From Octopus sinensis (lineage: Eukaryota), in the NCBI RefSeq assembly GCF_006345805.1, contig NC_043022.1, positions 8,556,001 to 8,620,000 on the forward strand: a DNA stretch of 64,000 nt, written 5' to 3'. Position 1 is the stretch's first letter; every line of letters starts with the position of its first letter. Made by a program: the position numbers and the translations under genes. Positions 54,233 through 64,000 of this stretch are shown in pieces. The notes under the pieces are model-generated. The model did no database searches. It was not told the origin of the DNA and saw only the letters and a list, made by a program, of their open reading frames with translations.

Positions 54233-54295
54233 TGTCCGGAAATCTTTCATCACCATCTGTGACCTCTTCACCGACACTTTCCATCATTGTGTGTG
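54233..54295 (-). CDS. Candidate 63-nt phase 1-1 exon (HTMMESVGEEVTDGDERFPD)
   Basis: Acceptor gttgttttgcaaaag and donor ACA|gtgagc. Purine-rich, with the other two frames closed. Confidence 0.2.
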
Positions 54296-54942
54296 CTTTT
54301 GCAAAACAACCTTCTTATCCACATAGCCATACTCCAGACAAAGTAACTATTTTAAATGGGTTAGTCATTTAAAATAAACTATCTTGTTACCAACCAATAT
54401 GTGACCACCTTGGCCTAAATGCTACTTTGGAGACATCCATACTTAAATCAAAACTTTCTTCACAATTTTATTTAAGAACAACTTTTTGTTAATATTTATT
54501 ATAAACACCAAATTACTAAAGAGAAGTTATTTGTCTTAAACAATATATCCAATAAATTATTGATTATTATTAAAATCAATTTAGTAAATTGACACAATCA
54601 TATAATATGAGTGTTGGATAAAAAGTTGGGCGATTTATTTAATCATGACTTTTTACTGTGAATTCATGCTGAAGTGAATTCATGCCTTGTATTGTTTTGG
54701 GGTAACATTGCCTTGTTTTGGGGTTGGTGAGCCATCAGAATCATTAGCATGCTGGGCAAAATGCTTAATGGCATTTTTTTCAGCTTTACATTGTGAGTTC
54801 AAATTCTGCTGAGGTCAACTCTGCCTTCATCCACTCGTGATCAATAAAATTATCAGTGAAGAAATTGGCCAGCCTTCCCCTCCCACAAAGTTTCAGGCCT
54901 TGTGCATACAGTAATAGGATTATCAATCAGCAGAATTTACAG

Positions 54943-54993
54943 TGTGACTCAAGGGAACTAGAAATCTGTGCACTGCCATTTGTCAAATTTAAG
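54943..54993 (+). CDS. Candidate 51-nt phase 0-0 exon (CDSRELEICALPFVKFK)
   Basis: Consensus donor AAG|GTAAGT and a modest acceptor aatttacag. Single open frame. Confidence 0.2.
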
Positions 54994-55078
54994 GTAAGTG
55001 CCAGTACATGAAACTATCAGTTATTGAGTCACTCTGTAACTTCTGCAGATTAATAATAATTTCTTTTATACTGATTAA

Positions 55079-55615
55079 CCTCTCTCTATCCGCTCAGTCG
55101 AAGTCGACTCTCGGTCACTCTTTGGATCAGTGTCCTCCAGCCAGTTCTATCGTGGGCCGGTTCTTTCAGATTGGCTATGTCCATTCTGGTATCACTCTTG
55201 ATGGTGTCAAGCCAGCGGGTTCTTGGTCAGCCTCTTCCTCTCTTGCCACTGACCATTCTGAGCATGATGTCCTTCTCCAGGGATTTTCTCCGCATAATAT
55301 GACCGAAATATGCCAATCTATGCTTGGTGATCCTAGCTTCTAGCGACATTTTCAGCCTGATCTGCTTAAGAACTTCTCCATTGGTGAGCCTCACTATCCA
55401 TGGAATCCGTAAAAGTCTTCTCCAACACCAAAGCTCGAATGCATTAATTCTCTTCTGGTCAGCTTTCTTTAGTGTCCAGGTCTCGCATCCATATGCTGCT
55501 ATTGGGAAGACAATTGCATTCACCAATCTGCATTTGGTAGCAAGTCTGATGTCTCTACTCTTCCAGACCCTGCTCATGCTGACCATTGCCTCTCTGCCTA
55601 GTACTATCCGCCTAG
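55079..55615 (-). mobile_element. RTE-BovB-like LINE 3' fragment with a 10-bp TSD
   Basis: KCRLVNAIVFPIAAYGCETWTLKKAD.KRINAFELWCWRRLLRIPW...LAYFGHIMRR...GKRGRG*PRTRWLD. TSD tactgattaa at 55069-55078 and 55616-55625. Confidence 0.95.
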
Positions 55616-56029
55616 TACTGATTAATAATGAAGCAAAATATATAATCATGTTTTGAGTGCTATTTTCCTGTTTGTTTAACCAAACCTATAATGCATGTTA
55701 GATATGAAGGGATTGAAGTACAGCACCACCAACAACATCAATAAGTACTCCCACCACCACAGCCACATAAACATTGCATTTCATTTTAACTATGGATAAT
55801 CATTGATGGATTAACTCGACATACTTCAGTGTATCTAACTGAGATCATCAACTTGTGATATCATCTTGGGTGACATTTCTTGAAGAATTAAAAATTCCTC
55901 ATTCGCTAAAGTAATGTTTAGTTTCTGAATCTGAAACCAAATATCAGGTTTCTATGAAAACCCCTTGGCTTTTGGAGACATTTATTATATTATATATATT
56001 TTTTTCTAATATGGATTGTTATTGTTGTT

Positions 56030-56037
56030 GTTGTTGC

Positions 56038-56083
<46 letters not shown>

Positions 56084-56085
56084 GT
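56030..56085. repeat. (TGT)n/(TAT)n trinucleotide microsatellite
   Basis: Directly visible. Confidence 0.95.
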
Positions 56086-57207
56086 ATCTCAGTGTTAAAT
56101 TTATATATACACATGCACATACATATGCATATACACATATATATCCATCTATGAATATGTGAGTATGTATGTATATACACATATATATATACTCATGTGC
56201 ACACACTTAAATGTATATGTATGCATATATGCATACGTATATGCAGATATATATCATCCCAAAAGCAATTTCTTCATTACATGTTAAGTCTAGTTACATG
56301 AGCAATAACAACGCAGCTTCTGACTGAAATTGCTCCTGGGAGTATAAGCATGGCTTCTTTATTTCATTAACCAAGGACTCTTTCTCTCCAACACTCATTT
56401 ACTCATTACTGTCCACAAGGCACAAATTTGTTTACATGACTTCAATTCCATACTTATATATGTATATATCTGCACAATTTTGTTCTTTTTTTACTTTTCA
56501 GAATGTTAAGTGATCTTATTCTATAAACAGTATTATTTTTCTATTAAAATGTGAGGTACCACTTTCCAAAAATTCAGAAATACAGATCTTGATCTTTAAA
56601 AATTAGAATTATAGAAGCAACTTATTTGGATGATAATGTCCCTTGTCACTATTTATGTATTTCCTCTATTTAGGCAACTCCAGAATAATTAACATAATAG
56701 AGCAAAGCTTTGTGAGTGGATTTGGTAGATGGAAACCAAAAGAAGTCAGTTATATATATCATCATCGACATCATTTAACACCCATTTTCTATGTTGGCAT
56801 GGGTTGGACAGTTTGACTGGAGCTGATAAGGCCAGGGACTGCACAGCTGTCTTTTCTGGCATGGTTTCTATGGCTGGATGCTCTTCCTAACACAACCATA
56901 TGTATGTATAAATGCATATATATATATAAATAGCATTGTATTTGTATCGATTGCTATTTTCCAGTAAATATTGGTGCCTTGTTGTACCACTCATCTGTCT
57001 ATATATATATATATATATATATACAATACACATAAAGGGATAATTAATTTAATAAAATTAATGAATTTCACCTAGTAGTTTTTTCGGTATGGAAATGACC
57101 ATATTTGGTAAATATATATACACACACACACACACACTCACCATATTTGACCACTGAACTCTACAGGTTTTTTTTTTTCATTCTCTCTTTGTTTATTTCT
57201 TCTTATT

Positions 57208-57245
57208 CCTTTCTGTTGAAGAACCTAGGCTCGAAATGTAAAAGA
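57208..57245 (+). ncRNA. Decayed hammerhead-like motif
   Basis: CCUUU CUGUUGA-A GAAC-CUAG-GCUC GAAAU GUA AAAGA, the same motif as 35028-35065 with CpG-type decay. Confidence 0.45.
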
Positions 57246-57400
57246 TTTGTTTCATTTTTCCCAAGCGTCAAACTAATACATTTGCTTGTTGTTCATACAC
57301 CTGTCTTTGTCTTTTGTTTTCTATAAATTTCACCGCTTGTGTACTGTTGGCGATTTTTTTTTCCTCCGTCTTCCTTTCTTTGGATGCTTCCTTTTCCTAT

Positions 57401-57435
57401 GTTTCTGACGAAGAGCTCCGCTCGAAACCTTAAAC
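57401..57435 (+). ncRNA. Minimal type I hammerhead-like motif with an intact CUGANGA core
   Basis: GUUU CUGACGA-A GAGC-UCC-GCUC GAAAC CUU AAAC: stem I GUUU/AAAC and a 4-bp stem II. Position 16.2 is C rather than the expected G. Confidence 0.6.
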
Positions 57436-57538
57436 CCTCCTTCTTTCCTTCTTTCCTGAGCGTCCAATAATACTATACTTGTTCCACATCCTCGCGTTGT
57501 TGTGTTTTCTCTTTGTGTTTTCATGTTTGGATTAACCA

Positions 57539-57576
<38 letters not shown>

Positions 57577-57590
57577 CACATTCACACATA

Positions 57591-57945
57591 TACAAGGTGC
57601 ATTTCAGAAGTTTCTAAACTTTTTGAGGAAAGACATTATTAATTTCAGAGAAGTACAAAACTCTAATATCCTTCAAAGTAGGGTTCTCTGGCTTCATTGC
57701 ACTTGTTGTAGTGCCCCAGGAACTTTGTAAAAGGCCCCATGGAAGTCCTCCAAAGTGAAGGTGTCCAGGACTCTTGTCACAGTCTCCTTCATCTTCAAAA
57801 TGACTGCCTTTGAGGTTCTCCTTCAGCTTGGGAAACAACCAAAAGTCGCAGGGAGCAAGGCTTGGATTGTAGGGAGGTTGAGAAACAATTTTGATGCCTG
57901 TCTTTGTCAAGTAGTTATCAGGATGGGATGGTGACATCGTTCACC
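57591..57945 (-). mobile_element. Mariner (DD34D) transposase 3' fragment
   Basis: YLTKTGIKIVSQPPYNPSLAPCDFWLFPKLKENLKGSHFED matches the PPYSPDLAPxDFxLFPKLK motif. Terminus ta-caaggtg. Confidence 0.9.
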
Positions 57946-58374
57946 CTCACCTGTAAACGAAAGTTCTATAGTTCAGTTATTTAATCAGTTTTATTGTCTG
58001 ACAATAAGTGGAATAATACCATGCTTAACAAAACGTTTGTCTATAATATAAATAGTAGTATCGTGGTTAGCAACACTGATTATGATGGTGTATATGTGTT
58101 TATATGTGTGTGCCTATACGTGTGTGTGTGGTGTGTATGAGACATTTTGACTCTGCCTATTTGGCATTGGTGATTCCATGTTGTCTTATTCAACATCAGG
58201 CATCTCAAAGTGTGATTTCTCTCATTTTAATCTTTTATTTGTTTTATCTATTTCCCTCCCCTCTCTCCTTCTCTCTATCTCCCTCTTTCTCTCTTCCTAC
58301 TTCTCGTTCCTTCCCTCCTCTTTTTCTGTTTTGTTTATATCGATCAACATCAATGGAATTACAGATGTGATACC

Positions 58375-58697
58375 AGTGCCGGTGGCACGTAAGCGAAGCA
58401 TCCAAACGTGGCCGTTGCCAGTGCGGCTCCGACAGGCCTCGTGCCCATGGCACGTAAAAAGCACCATCCGACTGTAGCCATTTGCCAGCCTCATCTGGCA
58501 CCTGTGTCAGTGGCACGTAAAAAGCACCCACTACACTCACGGAGTGGTTGGCGTTAGGAAGGGCATCCAGCCGTAGAAACATTGCCAGATCAGACTGGGC
58601 CTGGTGCAGCCTTCTGGCTTCCCAGACCCCAGTTGAACCGTCCAACCCATGCTAGCATGGAAAGCGGACGCTAAAGGATGATGATGATGATGATGAT
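58375..58697 (+). mobile_element. Family C repeat with internal tandem ggcacgtaaaaagcacc units and a (gat)n tail
   Basis: Three gtggcacgtaa units precede the common ggaagggcatccagc tail. Confidence 0.87.
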
Positions 58698-59984
58698 GTT
58701 TGTGTAATGTCTCCTTTTCCTTCCTTCACTCTCTCTCTCTCTCTCTTTCACTTATACTCTGTACATGTCCGCATGCTCATCCTTCTGTGTATATATGTTT
58801 GCCTCCAGAACCAAAACATACAAATGCCCAAACAGGCTGAATCCAAACAGCTGTGCCAAATTGTCTCATTCTAGTGTACATGTGTGTGTGTGTATGCTCA
58901 TGTATATGTCTATGGGTTTGTGTATTATATATATTTGTATGTGTTATATAAAATGATTTTACACACACACATATTTGTTTGTTTACATTATGATTTTCAG
59001 TTTAAATAAATAAATGAAAGCAATATGGTTATTGATGTTGATGCTGTTGTTAATGTGTGTATTAGTTAGGAACAATAGTTCCTAACTAATTGATAGATAC
59101 TTCAATGTAAGGTAGAATCTTGCAAAAAAATCTTAAAATATGGAAAGAGTATTTGCTTTATACAATAATGAAATGTTAGAATTTCAATACATGCACACAC
59201 ATATTTGTAAATATATACATATGTAAATATATGAGTGTTTATGTGTATATTTATGTATATGTATGTGTGTGCATATACACGTGTGTGTGTGTATATATAT
59301 ATATACACACACATGTATAGGTGAATATATATGCAAATATATATGATATATATATATGTGTGTGTGTGTGTGCATATATGTATATGTTTCTCTATATGTG
59401 TAAATATATATTTATATATATATGCACACACACATATATATATATGTATATATTTCTATATATTTGTAAATATATGTATGTGTGCATGTTCATATGCACA
59501 CACACACACATACACACTCACATATATAAAAATGCATAAATATGAACACATACATCTGTATACATCAAAATAAATATTTACAAAGGAACAGCTTTTGGGG
59601 AGTTTTCTTTTCCATGCTGTGTACTAACAGACTTGCTCAAAAATCTATACTCAGCTCTGTGAATGAACACAGAACACACATATTTTACATTTATGCATAC
59701 ATATAAACAAACACACATACACACACTTGCATATATGTATGCAAGCAAGCTTACAAATATGAAATAAATTTGTATTTATATACATCTATGTCTACATTCA
59801 TTCACACACATAATCTCTTGTATACTCATATATACACACCTATATTTTCTTAAATATACTTATTTATGTATATATATGACTGTATGTGCCCATCTACTTG
59901 CATATAGATATTTTATACATACACATATATATATGTATGTATATATTGTATGTATATATATGTATATAAATATGTATATATATG

Positions 59985-60028
<44 letters not shown>

Positions 60029-60336
60029 CATATGTATAAATATATATATATGTAATGTTCACACACTAAAACATAACCTCACACAAACACATACGCGTAG
60101 TCTCTCTCTCTCTCTCATCTACTGTTTGTGCATGGAAGATGGACGTTAAATGATGATGATGTGTGTGTGCGTGTGCTCATTTCTTTCACTCACATACTCC
60201 TTCTTAGAAACATGCATGCACACACTCTTTTATTCTCTTTCTCTCTGTCTCACACACACACACACACACATACACACCATATGCTTTATATGTAAACATA
60301 TCTTCCAAATTATTTTGTATATATATATATATATAT

Positions 60337-60823
60337 TTTTTTTTTAATGCCCCTCCGAAAAATTAAACAATTATTGTGATTTAATTGTTTATCTTTTCAA
60401 CAGTTTAAATTTTCTTCCTTTTTTTTATTTTTTCTTAAACAATTTTCGAATTTCAAATGAAATTTTAGATAATGTATTATTGTTTCAAGAAAACAATAGA
60501 ACACTAGAAACTATGAAAAAGCAACAACAGCAGCTACAATAACAACAACAACAACAACAACAATAATAATAATAATAATAATAATAATGGTAAGGATGAA
60601 AATTTCATTGTCAGAACAAAAGGAAGTGTAGATATTCTACTTAGCAATTGTGAGGAAAACGTTTTTTTCCTCTTTATTTGATATATTGTCCTTTACTTAT
60701 TATTAATCAATTGTCTATTGTTTTAATTAATCAACAAGCCTTAAATATATGCATACCATCATTATCATCATTGGCATCATCGTTTAAGCAATATATATTT
60801 ATACATACATAACTACACACACT

Positions 60824-60865
<42 letters not shown>

Positions 60866-61424
60866 ATATATATATATATACATAGCTATATATATATATA
60901 TGTGTATATACATAGCTATATATATATATATTATATATATATTTTTTTTTTTAATGCCCCTCCGAAAAATTAAACAATTATTGTGATTTAATTGTTTATC
61001 TTTTCAACAGTTTAAATTTCTTCCTTTTTTTTATTTTTTCTTAAACAATTTTCGAATTTCAAATGAATTTTAGATAATGTATTATTGTTTCAAGAAAACA
61101 ATAGAACACTAGAAACTATGAAAAAGCAACAACAGCAGCTACAATAACAACAACACAACAACAACAATAATAATAATAATAATAATAATGGTAAGGATGA
61201 AAATTTCATTGTCAGAACAAAAGGAAGTGTAGATATTCTACTTAGCAATTGTGAGGAAAACGTTTTTTTCCTCTTTATTTGATATATTGTCCTTTACTTA
61301 TTATTAATCAATTGTCTATTGTTTTAATTAATCAACAAGCCTTAAATATATGCATACCATCATTATCATCATTGGCATCATCGTTTAAGCAATATATATT
61401 TATACATACATAACTACACACACT

Positions 61425-61472
<48 letters not shown>

Positions 61473-61507
61473 CATAGCTATATATATATATATGTGTATA
61501 TACATAG

Positions 61508-61530
<23 letters not shown>
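60337..61530. repeat. Tandem duplication, period about 605 bp
   Basis: 60346-60850 recurs at 60951-61452. The differences are only indels in homopolymers and microsatellites. Confidence 0.93.
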
Positions 61531-61546
<16 letters not shown>

Positions 61547-61547
61547 G

Positions 61548-61589
<42 letters not shown>

Positions 61590-62863
61590 CATATATTCTG
61601 GCATACAAGTCAAATTTTTCAACCCAAAATTTACCACCCAAAATAACAGGTTGACTTATACACCAAGACAACTTTGGAGGAGCAAAAATTCCACGTGAAC
61701 TGCAGCACAACTTAGAAAGACAGTGACAATGTTTAATTTTTACACTACATATTCACACTATATACTACATCTACTTATATGTATATTCAAAAATGTATAT
61801 ATCCTGTTTTGGAGAATAGTGCATTGAGAAGATGGCAGAGTGTGATTAAAGAATAATCTTGCTATTATTATTGGCTTGTCAGGCAACAGTGTTAAGGCTC
61901 TCCCCATTCACTCAAAAAATCTATTCTCACCAACAGTAGTTGCAATTCTCTAAACTTTTTCCATTCTATTTTACTCTTGCTGCTATACTTTCACTGCAAA
62001 CAATTCCTACACTAATTATTTCACCTAGGTAACGGAAGCTGCATAGCAATTATTTCTTATATTCTTGAAACAGGTAGGGTATCTGAGTGTAGAAAATCTT
62101 CCTTATTAAACTCCATTTGATACAAGCAAGCAAGGAAAGATCGATGTTAAAATGATGATGATGATAATTTTGTGCTTGTTTGTGTGTGTGTATGTGTATT
62201 TGTATATATGCACATACATACAAGTGTGTGTGTGTGTGTGGTAAGTTTTCTTCCCAACCATGTGGTTCTGGGTTCAATACCTTTATGAGTCACCTTTAGC
62301 AAGTGTCTTCCACTATAGTCCCAGGCCAACCAAAGCCTTGTCAGTGGATATGTTAGACAGAAACCGAAAGAAGCCCAATGTATATATGTGGGTAGATAGG
62401 GTTAAAATCCAAGCTGTGTCCTCTTGAAGCACATTTGCTTATTTCAGTATTCCAAATCTGTATGTTGAGGTATGCATAAGAGTTGAAAAGGCTGAAAAAT
62501 ATTTTCTGCAGAGTAATAATATCAAAACAGAGGAGTGGAAAAATTTTGGGTATTATTTTTTTCACCATTACATGTGCTTCATTTGCTAATAGAGGAGTTA
62601 CAAAATTGTATATAGAGTGAAAAAACTTGTTAGATACTCCTATTAAAACATTTTTAGACAATCGAATAATATTTGATTCTCTGTTTGAAGAATATGTAAA
62701 AGCAGATATCTTACATGTTTTTCTACTACACATGTATTTCTGTAACTTGTATTGGCAAATGAAACATCTGTAATGGTGAATAAATAATGCCAAAAACTTT
62801 TCCAGTCTTGTGTGGTTTTCATCTCTCTCTCTGTATGTATATATATATATGTATGTGTGTGTA

Positions 62864-64000
62864 TACACAGGGGTTGGACAAAATAATGGAAACACCTTAA
62901 AATTTCAAACAGATTTATTTTAATATGGGGTAGGACTGCCTTTGGCAATAATTACAGCTTGAATTCTGCAAGGTATGGACTCATACAAAGTTTGAATTGT
63001 TTCCAAAGGAATTTTTGTCCATTCTTCAGCTAAAACAGTCTCTAGTTCTTATAGTGATGATAGTGATGGATATCAACCCCTTATTTGTTTTTCTAAAATG
63101 CGCCATAAATATTCAATAATATTGAGATTTGGGGACTGTGGTGGCCAGATAAGATGTTCAACTTCACTAGAATATTCCTTGTGCCATTCAGTACAACTTT
63201 AGCTGTGTGAATTGGTGCATTATCATATTGCATTTCCATCAGGAAACAGTTCTGCAACCATAGGATGAATGTGATCAGATAAAATGCTTAAATAGTCTTG
63301 ACTATTAATTTTGCCATGAACAGAAACCATTGGGCTGGCAGATTTCCAAGTTATAGCCCCCCACCCGCAGATCATCACAGATCCTCCTCCATGTATAATA
63401 GTTGGAAGAAGGCAGTCCGGGTCAAATACTTCTTTTGGCTGTCTCCACATGTATACTCAGCCGGTAGTTGGAAATAAGGTAAAGGATGACTCACTCTAGA
63501 AACTAGCATTCTTCCACAGCTCTAGGGACCAATTCTGTAGGTTTTTACTCCACTCTAAATGCTTTGCAACATTTGTTTTTGAAAGTAGTGGTTTTCTGAT
63601 TGCAGCTCTCTCGTGAAATCCAGCTTTGTCCCGGTGAACAGTTTTTGTGAAAACTGGATTCTTGAGATGGTCATTAAGCTCTGCAGTAATCTTGGGAGCT
63701 GTACTTTTGTGATCCTTTCTAACAATTCGTGTAAGAATCCGACAGTCCCTATCTGAAAGTTCTGGTTTTCTTCCGGAGTTTTGTTTCGACAAGGAGGTTT
63801 TTCCCTCTTTCTCAAAAGCTGTCATTACTTTCGAGACAGTACTTCTTGATACAGCAAACATTTCAGTTCTTTTTGTTACACTTGTACCTGCCAACAAGCA
63901 CCAACAATTTGACCTCTTTGAAAGTCCAATAGATCTGTCATTTTAATGAAGTTTAATTACCTTTTTCTGATGATATCTGAAAAGAAACAGTAATTTTAGC
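62864..64000 (-). mobile_element. Tc1 (DD34E) element, decayed, runs off the window end
   Basis: TIR ta-cacagggttggacaaaataatggaaacacc. HTH region AVSRSTVSKVM...SGRKPELSDRD.RILTRIVRKDHKSTA.KITAEL and catalytic region HGGGSVM..WGAI. Further decayed WPPQSPNLNIIE is readable at about 63115-63150. Confidence 0.93.

Larger units (their letters stand above)
57135..57538 (+). mobile_element. Head-to-tail dimer of hammerhead-bearing short repeats (retrozyme-like)
   Basis: Two related units of about 190-200 nt, each with a CTG(A/T)YGAAGA.C...GCTCGAAA core followed by a cc(t/c)(g/a)agcg..aatac block. Flanked by (TA)n/(CA)n. Confidence 0.7.

Noticed and set aside
16405-56560. Strong + acceptors at about 16404, 33956, 36552, 48678, 51968 and 56500, and small exons 46522-46549, 50751-50810(-) and 62448-62469
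   Set aside because: Weak donors, early stops or no coherent reading-frame chain. Such sites are expected by chance in 64 kb of T-rich DNA.
50480-58530. Regularly spaced gtggcac(g/a)taaaaagcacc repeats (50495-50560, 58380-58530) as a CRISPR-like array
   Set aside because: Eukaryotic context, no cas genes, and irregular, related spacers. They are internal tandem units of repeat family C.
9716-61710. The many ORF-track entries rich in YI/IY/CV/HT/TH repeats
   Set aside because: They are translations of (TA)n, (TG)n and (TATG)n microsatellites, which lack stop codons, and are not genes.
4991-62380. tRNA-like heads (gtggtaag...ggttcagtccc; gttctgagttcaaattc)
   Set aside because: No complete cloverleaf or acceptor stem. 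They are SINE heads, and no true tRNA gene was found.
62353-62895. 180-aa minus-strand ORF
   Set aside because: It starts in the Tc1 terminus and microsatellite, ends in a SINE, and has no recognisable motif or splice frame.

Overview
AT-rich eukaryotic DNA saturated with (TA)n/(CA)n/(TATG)n microsatellites, SINEs, MITEs and decayed retro- and DNA transposons. The repeat families match what I recall of Octopus (coleoid cephalopod) genomes; this assignment is an inference. No intact host gene is visible, and nearly all ORF-track entries are microsatellite translations. The only recognisable proteins are TE remnants: a Penelope-like RT (1-835) and GIY-YIG tail (about 20.0-20.2 kb), two RTE LINEs, a CR1-like tail, a Tc1 and two mariner-type transposases. 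The window is most likely a very large intron or intergenic region. Most notable: (1) short microsatellite-flanked repeats carrying minimal type I hammerhead-ribozyme motifs (35.0 kb, plus a head-to-tail pair at 57.2/57.4 kb, retrozyme-like) alongside their plausible Penelope partner; (2) several long foldback elements and an inverted SINE pair that would form dsRNA (ADAR/Dicer substrates), one arm being 20/23 identical to miR-9; (3) a candidate recursive splice site and a few low-confidence frame-preserving small exons; (4) a roughly 605-bp tandem duplication that looks like an assembly artefact.
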